From an uncultured Acidobacteriota bacterium (GTDB lineage: Bacteria > Acidobacteriota > Polarisedimenticolia > Polarisedimenticolales > DASRJG01): a stretch of DNA of 64,000 bases. A program made the position numbers and the translations under genes. Numbering within the stretch: position 1 is the first letter of the stretch; every line of letters begins with the position of its first letter. The notes beneath the pieces were generated by a model that did not search any database, was not told the origin of the DNA, and worked only from the letters and a program-made list of their open reading frames with translations. The stretch lies in assembly GCA_964647625.1 (NCBI GenBank), contig CAZYHZ010000009.1, positions 16,056 through 80,055 of the forward strand, given 5' to 3'. Below are positions 1 through 8,126 of the stretch, piece after piece.

Positions 1-1839
1 GCCGGCGCTTCGGAGGTCAAGGTCTTCGTCGTCGAGGGCGAGGGCGGGCTGACGCCGGGGGCCTCGCACGAGACCAAGAACTCCGCCTGGGGCTTGGGAC
101 TGTCGAATCTCGTCTTCCTGATCGACTGGAACGATTTCGGCATCGACGACAACGCGGTCTCGAGCGTCGTGCACGGACAGCCGTCCGACTGGTTCGCGCC
201 GTACGGGTGGCGCGTCATCGGCACCGAGCGGGGGTCGGAGTGGCCCGACGTGACGCGCGCCGTGCTCGAAGGCACGCGTGGGGACAACCCTGGGAACGTT
301 CCGACGATGGTCTGGGGCCGCACGCGCAAGGGCCGCGGCTACGGGAAGTACGACAACAAGTCGCACGGGACGCCGTGGCCGATGCACGCCCCCGAGTTCT
401 GGGCGGTGCGCAAGACGTTCATGGAGAAGTACGGGGTCGAATATCAGGGCGTCGACACGGCGGCGCCCGCCGGCGCGGAAGAGCGCGCCGCCCAGGCCAA
501 GGCCAATCTCGAGATCGCGTTTTCGATCCTGAAGAAGCGCGGGGACGTGGTCCAGACGATCGGCGACCGTCTCGCCGAAGCGGCCGACAGCGTCCCCGAG
601 CGCATCGCAAGCGTCTCCCTGACCGGGAACACGGCCGGGGTCTTCACGGACCCTGCGATCTTCGATTTCGAGCGCTATCCCGAATCGGTCTACAAGAAGC
701 CGGGCGAGAAGCATCCCAACCGCGCCGGGCTGTCGACGTGGGGCGCGTTCGTCAACACCTACGCCAAGAAGGCCTACGGCCGGCCGCTGTTCATCGCCTG
801 CTCGGCCGATCTCGCGGATTCGACCAACATCTCGGGGTTCGCCAAGGAGTTCGGAGGCGAGCCGGGCTGGGGCTGGTACGAGCGCGACAAGAACCCCCGT
901 GGCGCGCTGCTCCCCCAGCAGATCACCGAGTTCACGAACGCGGGGCTGATGGTCGGCCTCGCGTCGGTCAATCTCGCCGAAGACCCGATGAATGCGTTCG
1001 ACGGCTTCTGGGGGGCCTGCTCCACCTACGGCTCGTTCTCGTATCTCAAGTACGGCCCCATGCGGCTGTTCTCGCAGCTCGCCCAGGACTGCGAGCTGAA
1101 GGTCGGCAAGGTGCTCTGGGTCGCCGGGCACTCGGGTCCTGAGACGGCGGAAGATTCGCGGACGCACTTCGGGATTTTCGAGACCGCGGTGACGCAGCTG
1201 TTCCCGGAAGGGCACGTCATCGATCTCCACCCCTGGGAGTACAACGAGGTCCCGGTGGTCCTCGGCGCGGCGTTGGCGCAGAAGGCGCCGATCGTGGCGC
1301 TGCATCTGACGCGTCCCGCGGTCGAGATTCCCGATCGAGCGAAGCTCGGGATGGCCTCTCACCTCGCCGCCGCGAAAGGGGCGTATCTCCTCCGGGACTT
1401 CAAGCCCGGCCCGAGACACGGCACGGTCTTCATCCAGGGAACGAGCACGACGGCGAATCTCGTCTCGATCCTGCCGAAGCTCGACGAGGCGAAGCTCAAT
1501 GTCCGGATCGTCGCCGTGATTTCGCCTCAGCTGTTCGCTCTGCAGGACGAGCGATACCGCGAGTCGATCGCCGGGACCGCCGAGCGATGGGACGCGATGT
1601 GCATCACCAACCGCAGCATCCGCACGATGCGCGAATGGGTCGCGCACCCGGTGGTGGCGGAGTACTCGCTGTCGAGCGATTGGGACAACCGCTGGCGGAC
1701 CGGCGGCACGGTCGACGAGGTGGTCGACGAGGCCCACCTCGGCCCGACGCACATCCTCGCGGCAATCCAGCGCTTCGCGACCGAGCGCCCGCGGCGTCTA
1801 GCGAAGCTGCGCGAGGCTGTGGACGCCGCGTCGGTCTAG
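1..1839 (+). CDS. tkt: Transketolase-family ThDP enzyme, 5'-truncated by the window edge
   Basis: Frame is open from base 1 (AGASEVKVFVVEGEGG...DWND). Has RTRKGRGY, HG, SADLADS, EF and HSGPETAEDSRTH transketolase-like motifs. Confidence 0.75.
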   Translation, partial: AGASEVKVFVVEGEGGLTPGASHETKNSAWGLGLSNLVFLIDWNDFGIDDNAVSSVVHGQPSDWFAPYGWRVIGTERGSEWPDVTRAVLEGTRGDNPGNVPTMVWGRTRKGRGYGKYDNKSHGTPWPMHAPEFWAVRKTFMEKYGVEYQGVDTAAPAGAEERAAQAKANLEIAFSILKKRGDVVQTIGDRLAEAADSVPERIASVSLTGNTAGVFTDPAIFDFERYPESVYKKPGEKHPNRAGLSTWGAFVNTYAKKAYGRPLFIACSADLADSTNISGFAKEFGGEPGWGWYERDKNPRGALLPQQITEFTNAGLMVGLASVNLAEDPMNAFDGFWGACSTYGSFSYLKYGPMRLFSQLAQDCELKVGKVLWVAGHSGPETAEDSRTHFGIFETAVTQLFPEGHVIDLHPWEYNEVPVVLGAALAQKAPIVALHLTRPAVEIPDRAKLGMASHLAAAKGAYLLRDFKPGPRHGTVFIQGTSTTANLVSILPKLDEAKLNVRIVAVISPQLFALQDERYRESIAGTAERWDAMCITNRSIRTMREWVAHPVVAEYSLSSDWDNRWRTGGTVDEVVDEAHLGPTHILAAIQRFATERPRRLAKLREAVDAASV

Positions 1840-2771
1840 GGCGACCCGGCTCCGAACAGCTTCGGATCGAGCAGCGCCCGGGGGTCGAAGATCGCCTCCC
1901 CGACGCGCGCGCCCCAGTGGAGATGCGGGCCCGTGACGCGGCCTGTGGCGCCCGACAGCGCGATCGTGTCGCCGGCGCGCACCGTTGCATCCTTCTTGAC
2001 GTTCATCTTCGACAGATGCGCGTAGATGGTGAACAGGCCCGCGCCGTGGTCGACGATCACCGTGTTGCCCGAATAGTAGAGATCGGCGGCGAGCACGACG
2101 CGGCCGGGCCCGGCGCATAGCACCGGTGTTCCGGTGGCCGCGTGAAGGTCGAGCCCCGGGTGCGGCGCGCGCGCCTCGCCGTTGAAGAATCGCCGCGTCC
2201 CGAATTCGGACGTCTCGTCTCCGGGGACCGGCTTGACGAAGGCCTCCGCCGGAGGCGGCATGACGGACCGCGATGCATAGATCGCAGCGAGCAGCTTTTT
2301 CTCCCGCTCGATTCGCGCGGTCGCGGCCTTTCCGGGGTTGACGAACTTGGGCTCCACCGTCAGGCGCTGCTCGGGAAACGATTTCGCGGACACGCTCACG
2401 GTGCCGGCACCGGCGACCGGCCGACCGTCCGCGCCCTTGGCATCGATCCGGTAATCGATCGGTCCGGCCGCGGCGTCCAGCGGGATCACGCCCCAGCCGA
2501 TCCAGTGAGCGTCGCTGCTCGCGCCGGGCCCTCGAACGAAGCTCACGTCGGCGCTTCCGAACCGTCCCTTCACCGACGCGAGCCCGGGCGCCCCGCCGAC
2601 GTCGAACCGGACGACCTCGCCCGGCTCGAAGGCGCGTGCGAATACGTGCGGAACGAGCGTCGTCTCGGCGCCGGAGGCGGCGGATGCCACGAGCAGGACC
2701 AGTGCGAATGCCAACCGGGCCGGGTTGCACGACGGGCGCAGGCGCGGTACAAACTCACGGGTTACGGACAT
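1836..2771 (-). CDS. M23 family metallopeptidase
   Basis: HPGLD, YSGNTVIVDHG, YAHL and TGPHLHW motifs plus a signal-like N-terminus. The ORF track extends upstream only as the shadow of the opposite gene; start set at ATG 2771 but uncertain. Confidence 0.85.
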   Translation of the reverse strand: MSVTREFVPRLRPSCNPARLAFALVLLVASAASGAETTLVPHVFARAFEPGEVVRFDVGGAPGLASVKGRFGSADVSFVRGPGASSDAHWIGWGVIPLDAAAGPIDYRIDAKGADGRPVAGAGTVSVSAKSFPEQRLTVEPKFVNPGKAATARIEREKKLLAAIYASRSVMPPPAEAFVKPVPGDETSEFGTRRFFNGEARAPHPGLDLHAATGTPVLCAGPGRVVLAADLYYSGNTVIVDHGAGLFTIYAHLSKMNVKKDATVRAGDTIALSGATGRVTGPHLHWGARVGEAIFDPRALLDPKLFGAGSP

Positions 2772-2786
2772 CGGAAGGAACTTAGC

Positions 2787-3716
2787 ATGCCGTTCGGGTC
2801 CATTTTCGGCGCAATCGTCTTCGGCATTCTCGGCGTGATTTTCGGGTCGAGGATGCTCGGCGCCGGAGCGACGCCGGTGAGCCTCATGGGCGCGTGCCTC
2901 ATCGTGCTCGGGATCGCGCTCGCCATCGGACTCTTGATGAAGCGCGCATGGGCCCGATGGCTGGGCGTCGCCGCGGCCGCGTGGATGGCCTGGTCCGGCG
3001 GGAGCGCATTCATCGCACAGGGCAGCGTGTTCCAGCTCACGGTCGCCATGGCATCGGCAGCCGTCGTCATCTTTCTCGCGGTCCCCGCGACCGGACGCCC
3101 GCACTCGTCGTCCACGGCCCCCGCGCCCTCGACGACGTCCCGCGTCTTGCTGACGGCGGCGAGCCTGGCCGGGGTCGGGTTCCTCGGCGCGACGGCCTGG
3201 GCGATCGCGACGCAACCGGTTGCGACGGCCGGGCGGCAACAGCCCGAGGTCGATCAGCGCGCCGCAGCTGCCGTGCCGGTTCCCGCCGAAGCGGCCGCGG
3301 CCGCGCCGCCCGCAACCCGCGGCGCCTCGGGTGCGGCCGTGACGTGGCACGATTTCGCCGACGGCTTGAAGCAGGCCAAGCAGACGCGAAAGCTCGTCGT
3401 CGCCGACTTCTATGCGACGTGGTGCGGGCCGTGCAAGTTCATGGAGAAGCACACGTTCCACGACTCGCGCGTGCTCACGCGCCTGCGGGACGTCGTCCCG
3501 GTGCGCGTCGATGCCGAGGAAACTACCCTTCGCAGCGGGCTGCGCGGCGCGGATCTCGCCAACCGTTACGCGATCGAAGCCTACCCGACGATCGTCGTGA
3601 TCGACGGGGAAGGCCACGAGATCGCGCGTAACACCGGAATGATGGACGCCGACGAGTTCCTCGAGTGGATCGATCGGGTGATCGAGAAGGCGGGCACGAC
3701 CGTCGCGCGTTCCTGA
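2787..3716 (+). CDS. Membrane-anchored thioredoxin-like protein
   Basis: Several hydrophobic N-terminal helices, then DFYATWCGPC and YPT. AAGGAA lies upstream of ATG 2787. Confidence 0.8.
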   Translation: MPFGSIFGAIVFGILGVIFGSRMLGAGATPVSLMGACLIVLGIALAIGLLMKRAWARWLGVAAAAWMAWSGGSAFIAQGSVFQLTVAMASAAVVIFLAVPATGRPHSSSTAPAPSTTSRVLLTAASLAGVGFLGATAWAIATQPVATAGRQQPEVDQRAAAAVPVPAEAAAAAPPATRGASGAAVTWHDFADGLKQAKQTRKLVVADFYATWCGPCKFMEKHTFHDSRVLTRLRDVVPVRVDAEETTLRSGLRGADLANRYAIEAYPTIVVIDGEGHEIARNTGMMDADEFLEWIDRVIEKAGTTVARS

Positions 3717-3783
3717 TCGCGCTCTGCCGCACGCCGATCGCGTGCTACATTTCACGGCCAACTTCCTCCAAAGGACACTCACG

Positions 3784-4851
3784 ATGCCGCACAAGCGTCT
3801 GTTCATACCCGGCCCGACCGAGGTTCGCTCCGAGAATCTCGCCGCCCTGGCCAAGCCGCAAATCGGCCATCGCAGCGACGAGTTCAAGGACCTTTACGGC
3901 CGCGTCATTCCGAAGCTCCAAACGCTCCTCGAGACCAAGGATCCCGTGTTCCTCTTCACGTGCTCTTCGACCGGGGTTTGGGAGGCGGCGATCCGGAACG
4001 GCGTCCGGGAGCGCGTGCTCTGCTGCATGCAGGGCGCCTTCTCGGATCGATGGCTGAAGGTCGCCGAGTCCAACGGCAAGCAGGCGGTTCCGCTCAAGGT
4101 CGAATGGGGCCGCGCGATCACGGCCGAGGCCATCGACAGGGAGCTGGCGAAGGGCGGGTACGACGCGATCACCGTCGTCCACAACGAAACTTCGACCGGG
4201 GTCATGAACCACCTGGACGAGATCGCGGCCGTGCTCCGCAAGTACCCCGACGTCACGTTCCTGGTCGATGCGGTTTCTTCGATGGCGGCAACCCGGATTC
4301 CCGTCGACGAATGGCGCATCGACGTGTGCCTCGCGGGTCTGCAGAAGGCGTTCGCGCTGCCCGCAGGATTGACGGTCGCCTCGGTGTCGTCGCGGGTGCT
4401 GGACAAGGCCAAGACGATCAAGAACCGCGGCTATTACTTCGATTTTCTGGACATGCAGAAGTACCACGAGCGCGGCCAGACGCCCGCGACACCGGCGATT
4501 CCGCAGATCCATGCGCTCGACGCCCAGCTCGACGACATCCTCGCGGAAACTCCGAAGGCGCGGTACGAGCGCCACGAATCGCTCGCGCGGATCACACGCG
4601 AGTGGGCGAGGCGCCATTTCGCTGTGTTCGCCGAGGAGGGGTACGAGTCCCCGGCGCTCACCTGCGTCGCGAACACGCGAGGGATCGCGGTGGGGTCGCT
4701 CAACAAAGAGCTCGGCAAGCAGTGGGCCGCGATCTCGAACGGCTACGGCGACCTCAAGGAGAAGACCTTCCGGATCGCCCACATGGGTGACACCCAGGAA
4801 TGGGAGATCCGCGGTCTGCTCGCCGTGATCGATCGGATCCTGGGGCAGTAG
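3784..4851 (+). CDS. Class V PLP aminotransferase (alanine-glyoxylate/serine-pyruvate/phosphoserine type)
   Basis: LFIPGPTEV, HNETSTG, DAVSS, GLQKAFALPAG and FRIAHMG motifs. Confidence 0.9.
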   Translation: MPHKRLFIPGPTEVRSENLAALAKPQIGHRSDEFKDLYGRVIPKLQTLLETKDPVFLFTCSSTGVWEAAIRNGVRERVLCCMQGAFSDRWLKVAESNGKQAVPLKVEWGRAITAEAIDRELAKGGYDAITVVHNETSTGVMNHLDEIAAVLRKYPDVTFLVDAVSSMAATRIPVDEWRIDVCLAGLQKAFALPAGLTVASVSSRVLDKAKTIKNRGYYFDFLDMQKYHERGQTPATPAIPQIHALDAQLDDILAETPKARYERHESLARITREWARRHFAVFAEEGYESPALTCVANTRGIAVGSLNKELGKQWAAISNGYGDLKEKTFRIAHMGDTQEWEIRGLLAVIDRILGQ

Positions 4852-4854
4852 ACG

Positions 4855-5775
4855 GTGGCCGCCGCGCCGAAGCGAGTCCTGGTCTGTGACGCGATCGCAG
4901 CCGACGCGATCGAGCGCATGCGTGCCGGAGGGCTCGTGGTCGAAGAGCGCACGGGCCTGTCCGACGAGGCGCTCGAGGCGGCGATCGGCGAGTTCGAGGC
5001 CGTCGTCGTCCGGTCCGCGACCAAGATCAAAGCCCGGCACATCGCCGCCGGAAAGCACCTGAGGGTGATCGTCCGCGGCGGGGTCGGCGTCGACAACATC
5101 GACGTGGCCGCCGCGGAAGCCGAAGGCGTCCGCGTCATGAACACGCCCGGCGCGTCGTCGACCTCCGTCGCCGAGCTCGCGCTCGCGCTGATGTTCGCCC
5201 TGGCGCGGCAGGTGCCCGCGGCCTCGGCGTCGATGAAATCGGGCGCGTGGGACAAGAAGAGCTTCGCGAAAGGGATGGAGCTCGAAGGCAAGACGCTCGG
5301 CGTCCTGGGCGTCGGGCGGATCGGCCGCGCGCTCGCACGGAAGGCGGCAGCACTCGGCATGGTGGTCATCGGCGCCGACCCTGCGCTCGGCGAGACCGGG
5401 TCGATCGACGGGCTCACGCTCCTCCATCCCGACGACGTCTTCCGGCGGGCGGACATCGTCTCGCTCCACATCCCGAAGCCGCCGGGCACGCGCGCGGCGA
5501 TCGGCCCCGACGAGCTGGCCAAGATGAAGGACGGCGTGTTCCTCGTGAACTGCGCACGGGGCGGCGTCGTCGACGAAGCGGCGCTGCTCGCGGCGCTCGT
5601 ATCCGGCAAAGTCGCGGGCGCCGCGCTCGACGTCTTCGAGGTCGAGCCGCCCAAGGACCTGGCCCTGGTGAGCCATCCCCGGGTGATCGCGACGCCGCAC
5701 GTCGGCGCGTCGACCGTCGAGGCGCAGGCGCGCGTCGGGCTCGAGGTCGCCGAGATCCTGCTGGCGGAGTTGTAG
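4855..5775 (+). CDS. serA: D-3-phosphoglycerate dehydrogenase-like 2-hydroxyacid dehydrogenase, short form without ACT domain
   Basis: RGGVGVDNID, GVGRIG, NCARGGVVDE, DVFEVEPP and TPHVGAST motifs; GTG start. Confidence 0.75.
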   Translation: MAAAPKRVLVCDAIAADAIERMRAGGLVVEERTGLSDEALEAAIGEFEAVVVRSATKIKARHIAAGKHLRVIVRGGVGVDNIDVAAAEAEGVRVMNTPGASSTSVAELALALMFALARQVPAASASMKSGAWDKKSFAKGMELEGKTLGVLGVGRIGRALARKAAALGMVVIGADPALGETGSIDGLTLLHPDDVFRRADIVSLHIPKPPGTRAAIGPDELAKMKDGVFLVNCARGGVVDEAALLAALVSGKVAGAALDVFEVEPPKDLALVSHPRVIATPHVGASTVEAQARVGLEVAEILLAEL

Positions 5776-5778
5776 GCG

Positions 5779-6903
5779 ATGAAGTCCCCCAAGGCCGAGA
5801 AGGAGCGCCTCGACAAAGTCACGGTCGGCGCGATCACCGGCCTGGCGCGGGGGCTCGAGACGAAGATCGAGAAGCACGGCAAGCCCGAGGTGTCGTTTCC
5901 CGTGCGCTCTCTGGGTAACGTCCGTTACGACCCCAAGAAAGGGTTCTTCGAGATCGGGAAGGGGAAATCCGTCCGGGCGCTGACGGTCAACACGGCGAAG
6001 ACGTTCGCGCAGACCCTCAAGATGATGGCGCTCTCGAAGGAGCTGGTCGAAACGAGCGACTTCGCCACGAAGCGAGACGCGTACTACCAATCCAAGAACT
6101 GGGGCGAGGCGATGTTCGACGAGCAGGGCGAGTCGGACATGGTCATGGACGACATCGAGGCGATGTTCTCCGTCGAGGGCGTCAGCCGCGAGCAGCTCCG
6201 CTACATCCCCGACGAGCACGGCGGCGCGGTCGCGGGGGAGCTGATCGTCAACGACAGCGACCTCGAGACGGGAAAGGTCGAGCGGATCGACTGTACTAAG
6301 TTCGGATCGGGCGCCTACTCGATCCCGTCGCTCGTCGAGCACCTGACGTTCGAAACGAGCGCGAAGTTCATCCTGTGCATCGAAACCGGCGGGATGTTCC
6401 AGCGGCTCCAGAGCCACAAGTTCTGGCAAAAGGCGCACTGCATCCTGGTCTCGATGGCCGGCGTGCCCACGCGCGCGACCCGCCGGTTCGTGCGCCGCCT
6501 GTCGGACCAGTGCAAGCTCCCGGTGTACGCGTTCGTCGATTGCGATCCCTACGGCATCTCGAACATCTATCGCACGCTGAAGGTGGGCTCGGGCAACGCG
6601 GCGCACATCAATCGCTTCTTCTGCGTGCCGCAGGCGTCGTTTCTCGGAGTGACGCCGAAGGACATCATCGACTACAAGCTCCCGACGCACCCCCTGAAAG
6701 ACGTCGACGTCAAGCGCGCGAAGGATGCCTTGAAGAACGATCCGTTCTTCAAGATCCACAAGCCGTGGGCTTCCGCGATGGAGCAGCTGATCAAGATGGG
6801 CGTCCGCGCCGAGCAGCAGGCCCTTGCGCGCTGGGGCCTGAACTACGTGATCGACGAGTACCTGCCCCGCAAGCTCAAGGCGACCGCGTCGTTCCTGCCG
6901 TAG
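5779..6903 (+). CDS. top6A: DNA topoisomerase VI subunit A (Spo11 family)
   Basis: TKRDAYY (catalytic Tyr region), Toprim CIETGGMF and FVDCDPYG, and C-terminal AEQQAL. Confidence 0.9.
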   Translation: MKSPKAEKERLDKVTVGAITGLARGLETKIEKHGKPEVSFPVRSLGNVRYDPKKGFFEIGKGKSVRALTVNTAKTFAQTLKMMALSKELVETSDFATKRDAYYQSKNWGEAMFDEQGESDMVMDDIEAMFSVEGVSREQLRYIPDEHGGAVAGELIVNDSDLETGKVERIDCTKFGSGAYSIPSLVEHLTFETSAKFILCIETGGMFQRLQSHKFWQKAHCILVSMAGVPTRATRRFVRRLSDQCKLPVYAFVDCDPYGISNIYRTLKVGSGNAAHINRFFCVPQASFLGVTPKDIIDYKLPTHPLKDVDVKRAKDALKNDPFFKIHKPWASAMEQLIKMGVRAEQQALARWGLNYVIDEYLPRKLKATASFLP

Positions 6904-6906
6904 CGA

Positions 6907-6939
6907 AAAAGGGGACAGTCCCCTTTTTCTTACAAATTC
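6907..6939 (+). repeat. Left arm of REP-like inverted repeat (palindromic hairpin plus AT-rich tail)
   Basis: AAAAGGGGACAGTCCCCTTTTTCTTACAAATTC; its reverse complement is at 7520-7551 with one indel. Confidence 0.9.
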
Positions 6940-6972
6940 GGGGCAACGTGCTGGCTTCGCTGGGATTCTGAG

Positions 6973-7464
6973 ATGGGATCAGTACTCACTCGGTGTTGTC
7001 ATCGATCCGATCGACGCCTTCCAAAAGTCTTGTCGGTCTTTTGTTTGATCGGAGTGACCGCTTGCCGCAACGGGGACGCTCGTGACCGATGTAGCGAAAT
7101 CGCTCAGGCGTTGTACGAAGCGAGAATGTCTGGAGATCGACAGCGGATCGAGGTGGCGGTGAATTCGGAGTTCGTGAGAGTTCAACAAGGTAGCGAGTTG
7201 GTCTCCGCTATCGTCGCCAGAGACGCGGAGCTCGGTCAACCTGAATCGCGGCGGCGATATGTGAGCGAAACAAGCTTAGAGAGCGATATTCCCGACAACT
7301 GGTACAAAGTCCGCACTGGTTACAGTCTTCACTACAGTAACGGGGATACATGGGAGGAGGTCCTCTGCCGCGTCGACGGCTCAGGCAAGCGCGGAGCATT
7401 CTTGGGGCTGGAGTTCGGTCCCGATCCTCTTGCCAGACAAGAACAACCCCGGCTCAAGCCATGA
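6973..7464 (+). CDS. Low-GC hypothetical protein, possible lipoprotein, cargo between inverted repeats
   Basis: 163 aa ORF filling the repeat-bounded interval. Lipobox-like LIGVTAC. One line counted (7021-7080) has 33/60 G+C, visibly below the flanks. Confidence 0.55.
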   Translation: MGSVLTRCCHRSDRRLPKVLSVFCLIGVTACRNGDARDRCSEIAQALYEARMSGDRQRIEVAVNSEFVRVQQGSELVSAIVARDAELGQPESRRRYVSETSLESDIPDNWYKVRTGYSLHYSNGDTWEEVLCRVDGSGKRGAFLGLEFGPDPLARQEQPRLKP

Positions 7465-7519
7465 ATTAGGCTACGCGCCTGCGGAGTGGATTCTTCACGC
7501 CGGGGAGCAGGCGGAAATG

Positions 7520-7551
7520 GAATTGTAAGAAAAAGGGGACTGTCCCCTTTT
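7520..7551 (-). repeat. Right arm of REP-like inverted repeat
   Basis: GAATTGTAAGAAAAAGGGGACTGTCCCCTTTT; overlaps the TAA of the convergent gene. Confidence 0.9.
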
Positions 7552-8116
7552 AGCTGACTTCGCCGCCGCCGGGCACGATCAATGAGGGGTCGATGCCGAG
7601 CGCGTTCAAGGAAGCCAGCCAGAGAGCGTTGGGCGGCGTGCCGAGGACCAACTCCGGGTCGACGGGGGCGAGGATCCACGAGCCTTCGTTGATCTCTCGC
7701 TCGAGCTGCCCGGGCGCCCAACCCGCGTACCCAGAGAAGCAGTGGAACCGGATGGTCGCGTCCTGGCAAAGGTGCTGGAGCGTCTTCGTGGACGCGCTCA
7801 CCTGGAGCCCGGTGAGAACGGTCCGGCCCTCGGGGTCGTCGATCTCGCCGTCATAGAGGACCAGTCCCTGCTCCGGCTGCACCGGCCCGCCCACGCGGAC
7901 GCGCTTGGCCGGATCGCCGGCGTAGGTGATCTCGTGATCCTTGCACAGGTCGCGCAGCAGGATCGGCGACTCGCGATTGATCACCAGCCCGAGCGCGCCG
8001 TCGTCGTTCTGCTGGAGAAGCAGGACGACCGACTGCGCGAAGTTCGGGTCGGTGAGCTGAGGCACCGCGATCAGGAAGCCGGGCGCCAGCGTTTTTCCGT
8101 CGTCGCCATCGCTCAT
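7550..8116 (-). CDS. YqgE/AlgH (UPF0301) family protein
   Basis: FLIAVPQLTDPNFAQSVV, GALGLVINR, GGPV and GYAGWAPGQLEREI motifs. Confidence 0.9.
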   Translation of the reverse strand: MSDGDDGKTLAPGFLIAVPQLTDPNFAQSVVLLLQQNDDGALGLVINRESPILLRDLCKDHEITYAGDPAKRVRVGGPVQPEQGLVLYDGEIDDPEGRTVLTGLQVSASTKTLQHLCQDATIRFHCFSGYAGWAPGQLEREINEGSWILAPVDPELVLGTPPNALWLASLNALGIDPSLIVPGGGEVS

Positions 8117-8126
8117 CCGGCAAATA

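Noticed and set aside
3745-6759. 1004 aa minus-strand ORF
   Set aside because: Antisense shadow of three well-supported genes; long shadow ORFs are expected at this GC content. The same applies to 48723-51479, 60145-63654, 25746-27728 and similar ORFs.
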